Origin: Candidatus Latescibacterota bacterium | Lineage (GTDB): Bacteria > Latescibacterota > UBA2968 | DNA: 64,000 bases | Direction of reading: 5' to 3' | Assembly (NCBI GenBank): GCA_965207885.1 | Contig: OZ242311.1 | Coordinates: 2,656,001 to 2,720,000, forward strand | Part shown: one piece after another, positions 49,002-60,251 of the stretch | Numbering within the stretch: position 1 is the stretch's first letter | Layout: the number at the start of each line of letters is the position of its first letter | Program-made: the position numbers and the translations under genes | Notes under the pieces: generated by a model | Told to the model about the DNA's origin: nothing | The model's input: the letters and a program-made list of their open reading frames with translations, nothing else | The model's database searches: none

Positions 49002-52000
49002 TTAAAATCCGTCTGTCGAACGGCTCAAACTGTACCGGGCATTTGTGACGAGAGAGACAATATCCTCCAGAATCATATACAGACAGGGCACTAACAAAAG
49101 AATTATAGACGTCGCGAAAACAATACCAAATCCGAGAGAGATTGCCATGGGAATGAGATAATAAGCCTGGCGGGATGTCTCCAAAATAATCGGTGTCAAA
49201 CCACCAAATGTTGTCAACGTCGTCAAAATAATAGGCTTGAAGCGCCGAAGCCCAGCAGTGTGAATCGCCTCAAAAGCCGAACTATGGGCACGCCTTTTAT
49301 TTGCATAATCGATCATAATCAGTGAATCATTTACCACAACACCCGACAGGGCGATCACCCCCATCAAACTGATAAGCGACAAATCATAACCGAGCAAAAT
49401 ATGACCGATCACAGCGCCCACAATCCCAAACGGAATTGCCGCCATCACAATCAAGGGTTGGACATAGCTGCCAAATGCAATGGCGAGTAACATATACACA
49501 ATGCCCATCGCCATGGCAAAACCGCCCCATAGCGCCTGCGTTGACTCGCGCATCTCAGCCTGTGTCCCCTGAAATGTCCAGGTTAATCCCGGATACTCAG
49601 CGCGAATTTGTGGCAACACATCGGTTTTAATCGCTTCCATAACGCGCGTCATCGCTCGCTTGGGTTCCACATCCATACTCACCGTCACCACGCGCCGACC
49701 ATCTCGCCGATTAATACTTGTAAACGCTTCGCCACGCTCAATATCTACCACATCCATCAAAGGCACTTCTGTGCCATCAGGTGTACGCACAACAAATTCT
49801 TCGAGATGGCGAATATCCTTTCGCTCTGCCATCGGTAATTTCACGCGCATTTCAATTTCATTTGTACCGCGCAACTGACGCATCGCCAGTGCGCCGAAAA
49901 ATGCATCGCGCAACTGACGCCCTACCTCAACCGGCGTCAATCCCAAATTTCGGCCTTCCGGACGCAACACAAAATCAAACTGCGATTTGCCTTTATTGTA
50001 ATTGTCACTCACATCGTGCGTCTCTTCAAACCCTTCGGCGCGCTCTAAAAATGCCCGACTGGCTTTGGCCAACACGTCAATATCCGAATGGCTCAAATCG
50101 ACACTGATATCCTGTTGCCAGCCGCCCGGCCCACTCTCGGCCTCAAACGTAATCTGACTGACACCATCAATATCCCCGATGTTATCGCGCCATAGTGAGA
50201 TGATCTCTCCTGTCGTCATATCGTGTTCATCGGGCGGTTTCATCACAATTTCTACATCGATAAAACTCCCCCTGCGCACATTGGTTTTAATCCCTTCGGC
50301 CACGCGATAAAGGTTGTGCGCTTCAAACATGTGATGGGTCGATTCGGTCACATCATGTGCAACCCGCGCAGCTTGATCCCGCGTGGTCCCCACAGGCAAT
50401 CGGATACCCGCTTCAATCTCATCGGCAGAAACTTCGGGCATCATAATCATACCCATATGATCGCTGTATCCATAACCGCCCACCATCATCAGCAAAGCAA
50501 TAGCAGATGCAATCGTAACGTACCGATGCCGAATGCAGACATCCAGAAACCTGCGATAGTGTTGGTCGATAAACCGATTGAAATGGCTGGCAATAGATTG
50601 TTGCCAGCGATGCGCAGTGCCATTTACCGGCGAAACAGCGCGTTTTGAAAGGTGCCCGAGATGCGCAGGCAAAATAAACAGCGCCTCCAAAAGAGACACG
50701 GCCAGCACAGTGATCACAACCGCGGGCAATGGCCACCAGAATTTTCCCGTGGTGCCGGGCATAAACAAAAGCGGCAGAAAGGCCACAATCGTAGTCAAAA
50801 TGCTGAACGTAACCGGCCTGGCAATATCGCGTGTACCCGCAATGGCCGCCTGCATCGGACCCATACCTTGTTCCCGATATTCATGCACATTTTCACCCAC
50901 AACAATCGCATCATCCACCACAATGCCGAGCACCACCAAAAATGCAAACATAGAAACCATATTGATGCTCACATCAATAGCAGGCAGAAACACCAGACTG
51001 CCTATGAAAGAAATGGCCATCCCCATCATCACCCAAAATGCAAGCCGAAACTCGAGGAACATCGCCAGAATAAGCAAAACAATCACAATAGCCAGCACCC
51101 CGTTTTCGATCAGCAAAAACAACCGATCTTTGTAATCCTCTGCACTGTTGCTGTCGATCCGATACTTCACACCAGGCGGCAGGGTGGTCTCAAAATCTGC
51201 CATGATATTTTTAACAGCCTCGGCAATCTCAAGTGGCGATTGATTCCCAATCCGATAGATATCCACACCAACTGTAAGCTGCCGATTAAACCGTTCGTGA
51301 AATCCGCCTTCTTCAAAGCCATCCGTGATCTTTGCCAGGTCCGCCAGTGTAACCCCACCACCTCCTTCTGAAGGGATAATCACAATACGACCATATTCAT
51401 CGGCCCACTGCTTGCGCTCTTTCATGCGCAACAAAATTTCACCCGTACCCGTCTCCACAGAACCCGCAGGAATGTCTTCACTCGACGAAACAATCACGCG
51501 TGCCACATCGCGTAGTGTAAGACCGTATTCACGCAACCTGTGCTGGGGAATTTCAATATGCGTCCTGTATTCTGGCACATTGCCAAGCTCGACCTGTGTA
51601 ATGGTCGGATCGCTCAGCAATCGATCCCTTAGCTGTTCGGCCAGACTTCTCAGCGTACCGATATCTACATCGCCATACAGCCCAATATCCATCACATTGC
51701 GCTGTTGTGCCCTCAGGCTGACTTCGGGTTGTTCTATATCATCGGGAAATGTCCGAATCCGATTGACTGCCTGATCAATATCCTGAAAGGCTTTCCCCCG
51801 GTTGGTGCCTGCCACCAGTTCAATGGTCACACTCCCACGCCCCTCGCGAGCCTGCGACGTCATTTCCATGATCCCCTGCACACCGCGCACAGCTTCTTCT
51901 ATCGGCTGTAAAATCCCCTGCTCCACCTCCGCAGGTGCCGCACCCGGATAGCCCACGCTGACCGAGACGATATCCAGTTCATACTGCGGATAGACCTCCT

Positions 52001-52136
52001 TCTGGATATGAAAAGCTGTCCAGATCCCGCCCAAAATGAGGATGATCATAAACAGATTGGCCGCAATAGCATTGCGCGCCATCCAGGCAATCGGACCTCG
52101 TGTTTCTTCAAATGTATCCTGTGTCTCATTCATCAC
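49002..52136 (-). CDS. RND efflux permease (AcrB/AcrD/AcrF family)
   Basis: 1044 aa; [32 protein letters not shown]. Confidence 0.96.
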   Translation of the reverse strand: MMNETQDTFEETRGPIAWMARNAIAANLFMIILILGGIWTAFHIQKEVYPQYELDIVSVSVGYPGAAPAEVEQGILQPIEEAVRGVQGIMEMTSQAREGRGSVTIELVAGTNRGKAFQDIDQAVNRIRTFPDDIEQPEVSLRAQQRNVMDIGLYGDVDIGTLRSLAEQLRDRLLSDPTITQVELGNVPEYRTHIEIPQHRLREYGLTLRDVARVIVSSSEDIPAGSVETGTGEILLRMKERKQWADEYGRIVIIPSEGGGGVTLADLAKITDGFEEGGFHERFNRQLTVGVDIYRIGNQSPLEIAEAVKNIMADFETTLPPGVKYRIDSNSAEDYKDRLFLLIENGVLAIVIVLLILAMFLEFRLAFWVMMGMAISFIGSLVFLPAIDVSINMVSMFAFLVVLGIVVDDAIVVGENVHEYREQGMGPMQAAIAGTRDIARPVTFSILTTIVAFLPLLFMPGTTGKFWWPLPAVVITVLAVSLLEALFILPAHLGHLSKRAVSPVNGTAHRWQQSIASHFNRFIDQHYRRFLDVCIRHRYVTIASAIALLMMVGGYGYSDHMGMIMMPEVSADEIEAGIRLPVGTTRDQAARVAHDVTESTHHMFEAHNLYRVAEGIKTNVRRGSFIDVEIVMKPPDEHDMTTGEIISLWRDNIGDIDGVSQITFEAESGPGGWQQDISVDLSHSDIDVLAKASRAFLERAEGFEETHDVSDNYNKGKSQFDFVLRPEGRNLGLTPVEVGRQLRDAFFGALAMRQLRGTNEIEMRVKLPMAERKDIRHLEEFVVRTPDGTEVPLMDVVDIERGEAFTSINRRDGRRVVTVSMDVEPKRAMTRVMEAIKTDVLPQIRAEYPGLTWTFQGTQAEMRESTQALWGGFAMAMGIVYMLLAIAFGSYVQPLIVMAAIPFGIVGAVIGHILLGYDLSLISLMGVIALSGVVVNDSLIMIDYANKRRAHSSAFEAIHTAGLRRFKPIILTTLTTFGGLTPIILETSRQAYYLIPMAISLGFGIVFATSIILLLVPCLYMILEDIVSLVTNARYSLSRSTDGF

Positions 52137-53332
52137 CGGGTGTCTCCCAGGGTTTTAGGATCTTCCTCTCCAACGCTTTTCACACGCAATTCTGCACCAT
52201 CAGCGACTCGAGACAAATTGGTCGTAACCACCCGATCCTTATCTTGCAACCCATCCGATATATAAGCATAGTCGGCATCTTGAAAAACGATCTCAACAGA
52301 CCGAATCCGCAACAGACCGTCTTTCATCACCCAGACCGTATTGCCAGCCCGGATATAATCGCGTGCCAGACGCACCACATTGGGAATTTCGTTGGCCTCA
52401 ATATGCGTCTCGACAAATGCGCCAATCATCAACGGAGATAGATGATCAGATCCATCCCGATGAGCAAGCGGGTCAGAAACGGAAACCAGTACCTGCGCCA
52501 TACGCGTCTTTTCTGCCAATGCACCAATGAGTCTGTGAAGAGAGCCTGTGCGATAAGCACCTTTTTTTTGGGTCACACGATTGCGAATCTGCACCAACGA
52601 TCCCTTTTCTGCCTCGCTGCTGGGAAAAGAAAGCCACGGAATTTTGGAAAGCGGAACGGTCGTCACCACCCAGTATGTATCCAGACCAACCAGACGCCCG
52701 AGATTATCGCGTGGAGAAACCAGAGAACCCACATTGGCATTGCGACTTAAAATGTGCGCGTCAAAAGGCGCTTTAATGGTTGTTCTCTGCAATTCCAGTT
52801 CAGCCTGATTCACTGCCGCCTGCGCCGCTTCTACCCGTGCCCGAGCTGCATTGAGCTGAGGTTGGCGCAGCACAAGCGCCTCAAGCTCACCCGACAGCGT
52901 CTCATTCAGAATCTGATAATCTTTCTGCGCCACATTCTGCCGTCCCATCTCAATATTCAAATCAGCAGTGGCACGACGCAGATCGCTCTTTTTTTGCAAA
53001 AGTGCATTCTGATAATCTGCCGGATCAATCTGCAACAGTACCTGACCCTTTTTGACAAACCCACCCGGCGTAAAAGTTGATGACAGCGAAAGTACCCGTC
53101 CACCGACTTGTGGACTCAAGATGATATCCTGTTCTGCTTCAACCGTCCCCGTCGCCACAATCACAGGGCGATACGTACCGCGTTGCACCTCAAACACATC
53201 GACGAGCATCGCGGTTTTCTTAGTCGCCGCAACGCGAGTCGCCGTAGGCTCCGTCATAAAAATCAACGCAGTAATACCTGCACCCACAACCAGAATACAA
53301 AAACAAATAATCAACCCTTTTTTGCTATCCAC
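52133..53332 (-). CDS. RND membrane fusion protein
   Basis: N-terminal anchor, PQVGGRV…[19 protein letters not shown]. Confidence 0.94.
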   Translation of the reverse strand: MDSKKGLIICFCILVVGAGITALIFMTEPTATRVAATKKTAMLVDVFEVQRGTYRPVIVATGTVEAEQDIILSPQVGGRVLSLSSTFTPGGFVKKGQVLLQIDPADYQNALLQKKSDLRRATADLNIEMGRQNVAQKDYQILNETLSGELEALVLRQPQLNAARARVEAAQAAVNQAELELQRTTIKAPFDAHILSRNANVGSLVSPRDNLGRLVGLDTYWVVTTVPLSKIPWLSFPSSEAEKGSLVQIRNRVTQKKGAYRTGSLHRLIGALAEKTRMAQVLVSVSDPLAHRDGSDHLSPLMIGAFVETHIEANEIPNVVRLARDYIRAGNTVWVMKDGLLRIRSVEIVFQDADYAYISDGLQDKDRVVTTNLSRVADGAELRVKSVGEEDPKTLGDTR

Positions 53333-53339
53333 GTTATGC

Positions 53340-54719
53340 CTATCCGTTTATGTTATTACGAGCAATTTCAAAACCACCTGCGAGCGCCCGATAAAGCGCA
53401 ATGCGGAATTCCAGCAAATCGAGTTTCGCAGAGATCAACCCTCGCCGGAGCCTCTGTTCGTTTGTCAGCGCGGTGAGCACGTCGAGATAATCGCTGATGC
53501 CATTTAAATACTCCAGCCTTAACTGATCATACGTCTGCCTCACCAGAGCGACCTGCGCTTCGAGACTCGCGATGCGTTCAACCTGTTTTTGTTCTTGAAC
53601 CAATGCATTTTCCACTTCGGCAAATGCCGTCAAAACCGTCTGTCCATAAGCCGAAAGTTGCGCGCTTTTGTTGGCTTGATTGCGCTTGATTTCTGATCCC
53701 CGTTCACCACCATCGATAACAGGTAGCAAAAGATTGCCTATCAGATTGCCCACCCAATCTTTAAACAGACCACCGCGATCATCACCCGATGCCAATGCTG
53801 CCAGGCTCAAACGCGGATACCGATTGCTGATAGCAACCGCCACATCGCGATCCGCCGCCAGCAGCAGGTTATAAGCCCTTTTGACATCTGGACGCCGCTG
53901 AATCAACTCAACAGGCAAACCCGTATCCGGCAGAGGTGGCAGATCTGGCAAGGCGTGATGCGTGTAGGCAATGCCATCCTGAGGGGCATAGCCCGACAAA
54001 ACAGCGAGTTGGTGTTCTAATACCTCGATTCTGGATTCTGTCGCGATTTGTTGTTCGCGTGTGGATTCGATCAATTGCCTTTGTCGCAAAATATCCACAC
54101 TGCGAATCTGCCCACTGCCAAAACGCGCTCGAATCAGACTCAGCACTTGCTGATTGGTCTCGATCTGATGCTCAAAAAGTTCGTGCTGACTTTGTGCTTC
54201 CATCAACTGAAAATAAGTACGCACGACCTCTGCTGAAAGCGACAATGCCGCAGTCTGATAATCCGCCTCAGTCGCCCGCATTCGATAATGCGCGGCATCC
54301 ACACCCGAACGAATCCGCCCCCACAGATCTATTTCGTATTCGGACGTGATGCCCAAACGGATCTGCGCATTATTTTCAGAATCGGGACGTTGAACCTCAC
54401 CGCGCCCGGATACTTCCAGCGTTGGAAACCGACCAGCCCCTTCGCGATCCACAACAGCCTGTGCACTTCGCAACCGATGCCACGCCGTCTCCAAATTGAA
54501 ATTGGACTGCAATGCGCGATCGATCAGGCTGTCCATACGCGTATCTCCAAAAGCGGTCCACCACCGTTCAGAAGGCGCATGTGAGACATGACTGGAAAAA
54601 GCTGTGGGAGGTTCAAAAGGAAGGGTAAGATTTGCAGACCTGGGCGAACACCCAAAAACAAACACGGGCCAGATCAAAAGAAACAAGCGAACATATAGCA
54701 TGTGTAAGATAATTTCCAA
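53340..54719 (-). CDS. Outer membrane efflux lipoprotein (NodT/OprM family)
   Basis: Lipobox VFGC, WWTAFGD, YEIDLWG, RRPDV, LYRALAGG. Start may be 54701. Confidence 0.93.
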   Translation of the reverse strand: MEIILHMLYVRLFLLIWPVFVFGCSPRSANLTLPFEPPTAFSSHVSHAPSERWWTAFGDTRMDSLIDRALQSNFNLETAWHRLRSAQAVVDREGAGRFPTLEVSGRGEVQRPDSENNAQIRLGITSEYEIDLWGRIRSGVDAAHYRMRATEADYQTAALSLSAEVVRTYFQLMEAQSQHELFEHQIETNQQVLSLIRARFGSGQIRSVDILRQRQLIESTREQQIATESRIEVLEHQLAVLSGYAPQDGIAYTHHALPDLPPLPDTGLPVELIQRRPDVKRAYNLLLAADRDVAVAISNRYPRLSLAALASGDDRGGLFKDWVGNLIGNLLLPVIDGGERGSEIKRNQANKSAQLSAYGQTVLTAFAEVENALVQEQKQVERIASLEAQVALVRQTYDQLRLEYLNGISDYLDVLTALTNEQRLRRGLISAKLDLLEFRIALYRALAGGFEIARNNING

Positions 54720-54762
54720 ATGGCCACAAACATCCGTTTCAATACAAAAAGACAGCCTGTAA

Positions 54763-54807
54763 TGTAAACCGTTACAATATAATAACCAAATAGGATTATG
54801 GGATCAA
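54763..54807 (-). promoter_or_regulatory. Putative efflux operon promoter with palindromic operator
   Basis: Minus strand TTGATC (54807-54802), 17 nt, TATTAT (54784-54779). TGTAA-accg-TTACA at 54763-54776 lies over the predicted start site. Confidence 0.5.
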
Positions 54808-54911
54808 GTAACCACTTACTTATTTGCCAATTATTTTCCAGGCGGGCAGATCGGGTCTATCTTGTCCGCTTTATCGAGCTCGCCGTCGGCAACATTCTGT
54901 TTGGAGCGGCC

Positions 54912-56000
54912 TTACCTGGCCAGGCCTTGCTCGACCTTCTGCTCAAAATCGCGCATCTGATCCGCCCCATCTAACACGCCGATTTCCATGTTGCACTCGC
55001 GCACTTCGCCCGGTTCAATGTATTGCAAGGTTCCGTGCTTGCGGTTCCAGGCGCGACCGAGTACCGAGCAGTTGCCCGGCTCAATGCCGGTGACGTAGGT
55101 GCCCTTGTGAAAGTGCTGCCATTGGTTGACGATGGGGATCTCGCTGTGCTTGAACTGCCAATACAATCCCAGGCCGAGCTTTTCGTTGAGCAGGCCGATG
55201 TGGACGCGTCCCCGGCGGTCGGTGTAGGGCCGATGCACATACACATCGTCGTGGGCGCGCGGTTGCGGCCCTTTGGCCACGGTGTAGTCCTCGGGGCCGA
55301 CGGGGCGGTCCTCGGTCCACTCGGTGCTCTCGCGGCTGTGGAGGACGAGGCGCGCTCCTTCGTCGAGGAGGGGAAAGCCGGGGTTGCAGTGATACACGAA
55401 CATGAGGGGCGAACGGTCAACGGCGAGGTTTTCGATGCGGTCGCGGATGTGGATGCTCCGCTCGCCGAGCACGGTCGAAATCTCGCGCGATAGTTCTAAA
55501 TTCTCGGCAAAGACCTCGGCCTGGCGCATTTGGCCGCGGATGCGCACGACGTAATCCGAGCCCTCCCAGCCCGCCTCAATGCCGACGTTCTTCGCCGGTA
55601 TGTACGAGAGGCGGCCGTGCAGTGGCATCTCGGCGTTTTCTTCTTCGGGATCGACTTCTGGGTGGCCGACAAAGTCGAGGCCGCAAGAGGTTACCAGCCC
55701 GCCGAACCAGCCGCGCCCCCATTTGAAGCCCTCTGGCTCGTAGAAGGCTGGCCCGACGTCTCCGGGTCCGGAGCGGAAGCACAGCGACTGGCCCTTGTAG
55801 TGGGCAGAGGCAATGTCGAGGGCGCGGCCGGGCAAGACAGAAAACCCCAGGCCCGAAGCGTTGAATACGTCGATGAGGTCGGCGCCGCGCTCGAATCCTT
55901 CGCTGCGCTCGGCGCGGCGGGCGTACATGAGTTGGCTGATGTCGCCGACGCGGTTGAGCAATTGGCGGCGAGTGAAGTTGCGGCCAAAGAGCCTGGGCAT
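54912..56000 (-). CDS. Aldose 1-epimerase family protein (DUF4432)
   Basis: VLPGRALDI, TSCGL, LHGR, YHCNPGFPLL, GIEPGN. Confidence 0.9.
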   Translation of the reverse strand: MPRLFGRNFTRRQLLNRVGDISQLMYARRAERSEGFERGADLIDVFNASGLGFSVLPGRALDIASAHYKGQSLCFRSGPGDVGPAFYEPEGFKWGRGWFGGLVTSCGLDFVGHPEVDPEEENAEMPLHGRLSYIPAKNVGIEAGWEGSDYVVRIRGQMRQAEVFAENLELSREISTVLGERSIHIRDRIENLAVDRSPLMFVYHCNPGFPLLDEGARLVLHSRESTEWTEDRPVGPEDYTVAKGPQPRAHDDVYVHRPYTDRRGRVHIGLLNEKLGLGLYWQFKHSEIPIVNQWQHFHKGTYVTGIEPGNCSVLGRAWNRKHGTLQYIEPGEVRECNMEIGVLDGADQMRDFEQKVEQGLAR

Positions 56001-56033
56001 GGGGGACCTCCTGTAGCAAATGCTAATCGGTTG

Positions 56034-56840
56034 TTAATGATCAAGGATATGAAATTCGACCTGAACCGGTTTATGGTCGGATGGATAAACACCGTCAATA
56101 TTGTAGTCCACGACCTCATACGAGCGGACCTCAACGTCCCCTCTGAACAAAATCCAGTCGATTCCGTTGCCGCCTTCTATACTGTCTTTCAGTACGCCAT
56201 CCCCGACAAATGTTCTATAGACATCGCTCCCCGGTCTTGCGTTGAAATCTGCCAACAGAAATACAGGGCGGGGCCTGGTCCACTCACCAAACCGGTCGAG
56301 CGCACGGATCCGATCGACGATTAGTCTTGCACTATTCAGTCTTGCCAGAGCCATGCCCTCGCCTGGGGCCAGATGCGTGTTGAAGACATAAAACTCCTGA
56401 GTATTCTCCCAGTGCCCCTTGTAGTCCATTGGATAGGGACTCGTTTCTCTATCTGCCGGTCTGTTGATGATCGCGAGGCGGGCCCATGTGACCATACGAG
56501 GATTGATGTCAGGGCCGCTACCGATGACTTCCGGCGTTTCCGATAGCTGAAAACTGCCCATTTCCCTGAGTCGGAATCTATCGCGCTTGAAGAAGATGGC
56601 CATATGCTCGTCATCATCCCCCCCTTTTCGGCCTTCTCCGATGACCACGTATTCGGGCAAATGATCCATCAGATAGTCGATCTGCTCCTTCAAGCCCTCC
56701 TGGGTACCAATGATGTCGGGATTGTGTTTGCGAATCAGTGCCACTTGCATATCGCGCCGCACTTCCCAGGGCGGCTCAAACGTGGGACTGGCATATTTCA
56801 GGTTGTAAGTCATAAACTTGATCGTCTTCTCGTCGGCCAT
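56034..56840 (-). CDS. Endonuclease/exonuclease/phosphatase family protein
   Basis: MTYNL, GTQE, NTHL, ADFN, IDWI, PSDH. Confidence 0.92.
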   Translation of the reverse strand: MADEKTIKFMTYNLKYASPTFEPPWEVRRDMQVALIRKHNPDIIGTQEGLKEQIDYLMDHLPEYVVIGEGRKGGDDDEHMAIFFKRDRFRLREMGSFQLSETPEVIGSGPDINPRMVTWARLAIINRPADRETSPYPMDYKGHWENTQEFYVFNTHLAPGEGMALARLNSARLIVDRIRALDRFGEWTRPRPVFLLADFNARPGSDVYRTFVGDGVLKDSIEGGNGIDWILFRGDVEVRSYEVVDYNIDGVYPSDHKPVQVEFHILDH

Positions 56841-56853
56841 CGGATCTCCTCAT

Positions 56854-58959
56854 TCAATTTTCGATCAGCACGGTGTCCATCGCCGGAACATCGATCGATC
56901 GGCCCGCCAGTTCCACGGATACGGGCACTGTTGTGAAGTTTGCAACGGCGATCATATCGCTGGTGCGGGACCGGAAGCGATAGGCTCTGACCCCGTCCTG
57001 AGTTGTTTGCAGTCTCTCCACGCCATGGCCTATGCGGCGCGTTCCAGCACGACCCTGGCGTATGACACACGCGTAGTCTCGGGTGGTTCCACTGCTTGCT
57101 CCGGGACGCAGGAATACGCGATCCTGTAGTAGATTCCTCCACCGCTCGGGTGTATTTCTCTCTGAGGCATCTTCATACAGAAGCTGCTCGCCACACGTCT
57201 CGATCCCCAAACATCCCGCGATCTTGATCCAGGTCGAACCGGTTTCAATCACCCGTGCACGTCCGCCGACGCCTCGTATGGTGCGACGACCGCCTTCGAA
57301 GGAGATCGGGACCCGGTTGCCGTTCAGGAAATCGTTCATGATATAGACGCCAAATCCCTCGTTGAGCGAGAGCGCGACATCCGCGACGGTCCAGTCTATT
57401 ACGAGCGAGGTTTCTCCGTCTTCGAGCGCGACGACTGCGATCGATTGTCGAATGCGGCCGTCCGCGTACTCGATTGCGCCCGTGGTTGTGAAGCCTTTCT
57501 CCGATGTGTGATCGGTGTGGAAGAGCGGCGTGGGATTCAGGCGCTCGCCGTTGATTTCGAAACGTCCGATAAAGGCGTCCTGGTCCGACCCCAGCGTGTC
57601 CTCTCCGCCAGCCGGCACGACCATCCCCATCACGCTGTGTGCGAGGGATCGCCAGGCGAATGAGAAGAGGCCCTGCTTGCTGCGGCGAACCTGTAGCCAG
57701 ACATAGGGATAGGTCTCAGTTCCGACCTGCTCACGTCTGAATTCCTCGACGGATATCGGCGAGACATCGGGTACGCCGGCAATCACGAGCACGCCCAGTT
57801 GCCCCATGATGCCCGTTTCGAACTGAAAGTAGCGACCACCAGCCGCGTGTGGCATTCGGGCGTTGAATCGGCCGTCTTCTGCGTCCCGCATCGACTCGTC
57901 CAGATACACGAGGTTCTGCCACAGCATATGACCTGCAAATCGGTCGCCGAATTCCTCGAACATGACGGCGTGCTGGTAGTTGATGTCGGATTCGTGGTAG
58001 GTCCAGTCCTGACCGGATGGGTAGGCCGTAAATCCGTTGTAGAGGAAGAATCGCCTCAGCACCTTCCAGGCATCGTGGACGCGGTGCAGGTAGTGGGGGG
58101 GAGGTGTCTTGCCCGTCAGTGTGAAGGCGAGGCGCCCCATCATCAGGAGGACGCCACAGGCGAGGTACCCCGGATGGAAGGAGCCGTGGTTTTCCACGGT
58201 GAGGTCGGGGTGGGACGTTTGCGTGCAGATCCAGTCTTTCAGCGGCCTACCGTCGAAGAGTCGCGTATCGACCCGATCGAGGTCGGTGGTAAAGGTGTTG
58301 ATGGCGAATAGCTTGCCCCGGTAGAGCCATTCGTCCGCGTGGGAATGGTCGGGTAGGAGGCAATGCGCCCAGGCGAGAAGATAGCTGTCCCAAGCGTTTT
58401 CCTCCTCCTTCGTGTCGTGCCAGCGTCCGTCCGGGGGATCGACGCCGAGAAATCGGTCCGCTTCAAAGGCGAGTACGCGATGGACGGCTTCGAGCACGTC
58501 CGGCTCCAGTTCGTCCGCAACGTGGTTGGCTGCCATTGCGATGTCCGCGATCCAGAGGGACGATTCCCAGTCGTCGCCCCACTGACCATTCCATTCGAGC
58601 GGTTCTGTCCGTCGCGATCCGCTCAGGTGATGCGCGCAGATCCAGCGGAGACATCGGTTTAATCGGTCGAGCAGGACGGGTTTCTCGATTCCGGCGACCG
58701 ACGGATCGAAGAACGCGCTTTGATGGAGGGCTGCGTAGCCTCGAAGTTCATCGCCCAGGGATCGGATGATCATTTCGTTGATCGGCCCGCCCGGGGGTTG
58801 AAATTCGTTCACATCGAGGGAGCCGAAGTAGCCGTGTCCCTCGTCTTCATCGACCCAGTACTGCTCGATGTAGGGCACATGCCGACACATCAGGTGAACG
58901 AGGTCGGCCTCGGACGGAAAAGTCGGTGCGCTCGTGTCGAGTGGGGGGTAGTCGATCAT
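56854..58959 (-). CDS. Hypothetical 701 aa protein, possibly polysaccharide lyase-like (alpha-toroid plus beta-supersandwich)
   Basis: Motifs DTKEEENAW, ENHGSFHPGY and YPSGQDW; helical N-half and beta-rich C-half. The fold is inferred. Confidence 0.6.
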   Translation of the reverse strand: MIDYPPLDTSAPTFPSEADLVHLMCRHVPYIEQYWVDEDEGHGYFGSLDVNEFQPPGGPINEMIIRSLGDELRGYAALHQSAFFDPSVAGIEKPVLLDRLNRCLRWICAHHLSGSRRTEPLEWNGQWGDDWESSLWIADIAMAANHVADELEPDVLEAVHRVLAFEADRFLGVDPPDGRWHDTKEEENAWDSYLLAWAHCLLPDHSHADEWLYRGKLFAINTFTTDLDRVDTRLFDGRPLKDWICTQTSHPDLTVENHGSFHPGYLACGVLLMMGRLAFTLTGKTPPPHYLHRVHDAWKVLRRFFLYNGFTAYPSGQDWTYHESDINYQHAVMFEEFGDRFAGHMLWQNLVYLDESMRDAEDGRFNARMPHAAGGRYFQFETGIMGQLGVLVIAGVPDVSPISVEEFRREQVGTETYPYVWLQVRRSKQGLFSFAWRSLAHSVMGMVVPAGGEDTLGSDQDAFIGRFEINGERLNPTPLFHTDHTSEKGFTTTGAIEYADGRIRQSIAVVALEDGETSLVIDWTVADVALSLNEGFGVYIMNDFLNGNRVPISFEGGRRTIRGVGGRARVIETGSTWIKIAGCLGIETCGEQLLYEDASERNTPERWRNLLQDRVFLRPGASSGTTRDYACVIRQGRAGTRRIGHGVERLQTTQDGVRAYRFRSRTSDMIAVANFTTVPVSVELAGRSIDVPAMDTVLIEN

Positions 58960-59195
58960 GTGGACGCTCCCAACTCTACGGTTTCGTGTGGTTCGTCGCA
59001 GCGGAAAACGACGAGTTTGCCGCTGTCGATGCGGTTTTTCACATCTCGCACGAATTCGCGGGCGAGGTTGGTATCGTAGAGTACCAGGGCGCCCGGTGAC
59101 TGTGTGTGGGTTTGGAGTCGCTCCGATTTTTCGCTCCAGGTCGATTGAAGCGCGTCGGATGCATCTCCCTCAGCGATAAGAATGACGTATGCCAT
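58956..59195 (-). CDS. Small hypothetical protein
   Basis: 79 aa; fills the gap between genes and has an ATGA overlap with the downstream gene. Confidence 0.5.
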   Translation of the reverse strand: MAYVILIAEGDASDALQSTWSEKSERLQTHTQSPGALVLYDTNLAREFVRDVKNRIDSGKLVVFRCDEPHETVELGAST

Positions 59196-59228
59196 GTGAT
59201 CTTTCTTTATTGTGTCCTCATAGAAGCG

Positions 59229-60071
59229 TCAGGTGAGGTAGTGCGAGGGTGTCCTGAATTCGTGGGATTTCTCGTATTCGCTCGAGGGATTCGCATTCCG
59301 AACCTCCTCGGGTACGTCACCGTCCCACCAACTGGGCGGATTGGGAAAGGAAAAGACGTCGTGCCAGGCAAGGAGCAGCGTTCGGCGTTCAGCCGTCTGG
59401 TTGGGCCACGCGCCGTGGAGGACACGCGCATCTGCGATGACCAGATCTCCGGCGTTTAAGGGGATGTCTATCGCCTCGGGGTAGTCTGCAAACGCGGGAT
59501 GCGTCAGGTCGTCGATTGCCTGGATCTCCGATCCGTGAGCTTTGGGCAGGATGTCGTGCAGTTCGTGGCGTTTCCGATGGCTGCCGGGGATCATGCGCAG
59601 GCATCCATTCTCGCGCGTGGTGTCCGTCAGGTAGTAGGACAAGAAGATGCGTATCGGCCAGGGCGTCGCAGCCTCGGGGCTCTGCCATTTCATGAAGTCC
59701 TGATGCCAGTAGAGGGGCGGACCGTATCCGGGCTTGGACAGGATGATCACGGTGTCGTCCGATACGAGATTCTCGAGCCCAATTTGTCGGCAGGCTTCGA
59801 GTTGTGCAGGCTGATCGATGATCTCCGCGGCGATCGGATCGGGAAACCGATTCTCGGCTGTCGGCGTTCCCTCACGCCATCGGCGTTCCGTGTTGACGAA
59901 GATATCGCTGCCCTGGTACCGGATTTTGTGGGGAACTGTCACGCGTTCGAAGATGCGGTCGGACCATGTCCTGAGCCTGTGCAGCAGATCCGTATCCATC
60001 ACACCAGGTACGATGGTGTAGCCCGACTCGACCAACTCCTGCCGCTTTGTCAGCGCCTGCTCATTCGTCAT
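59229..60071 (-). CDS. PhyH-family dioxygenase
   Basis: WHQD, ENGCLRMIPGSH, LHGAWPN…R. Confidence 0.92.
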   Translation of the reverse strand: MTNEQALTKRQELVESGYTIVPGVMDTDLLHRLRTWSDRIFERVTVPHKIRYQGSDIFVNTERRWREGTPTAENRFPDPIAAEIIDQPAQLEACRQIGLENLVSDDTVIILSKPGYGPPLYWHQDFMKWQSPEAATPWPIRIFLSYYLTDTTRENGCLRMIPGSHRKRHELHDILPKAHGSEIQAIDDLTHPAFADYPEAIDIPLNAGDLVIADARVLHGAWPNQTAERRTLLLAWHDVFSFPNPPSWWDGDVPEEVRNANPSSEYEKSHEFRTPSHYLT

Positions 60072-60251
60072 GTCTCAATCCTTTCGGTTATCAGGGATAT
60101 TATACCTAATTATGCGAGCTTTTGTTCAAAAAATATGTCGGTTGCACGATGGATCAAAAACATGGCAGCAGGCTCGTCAAAAGTCAGTTGGTAGTCAACG
60201 CCATCGAGCGTATCTTCAATGAGCCGTCTTCAGCCATTGAGGAGGTCAACT

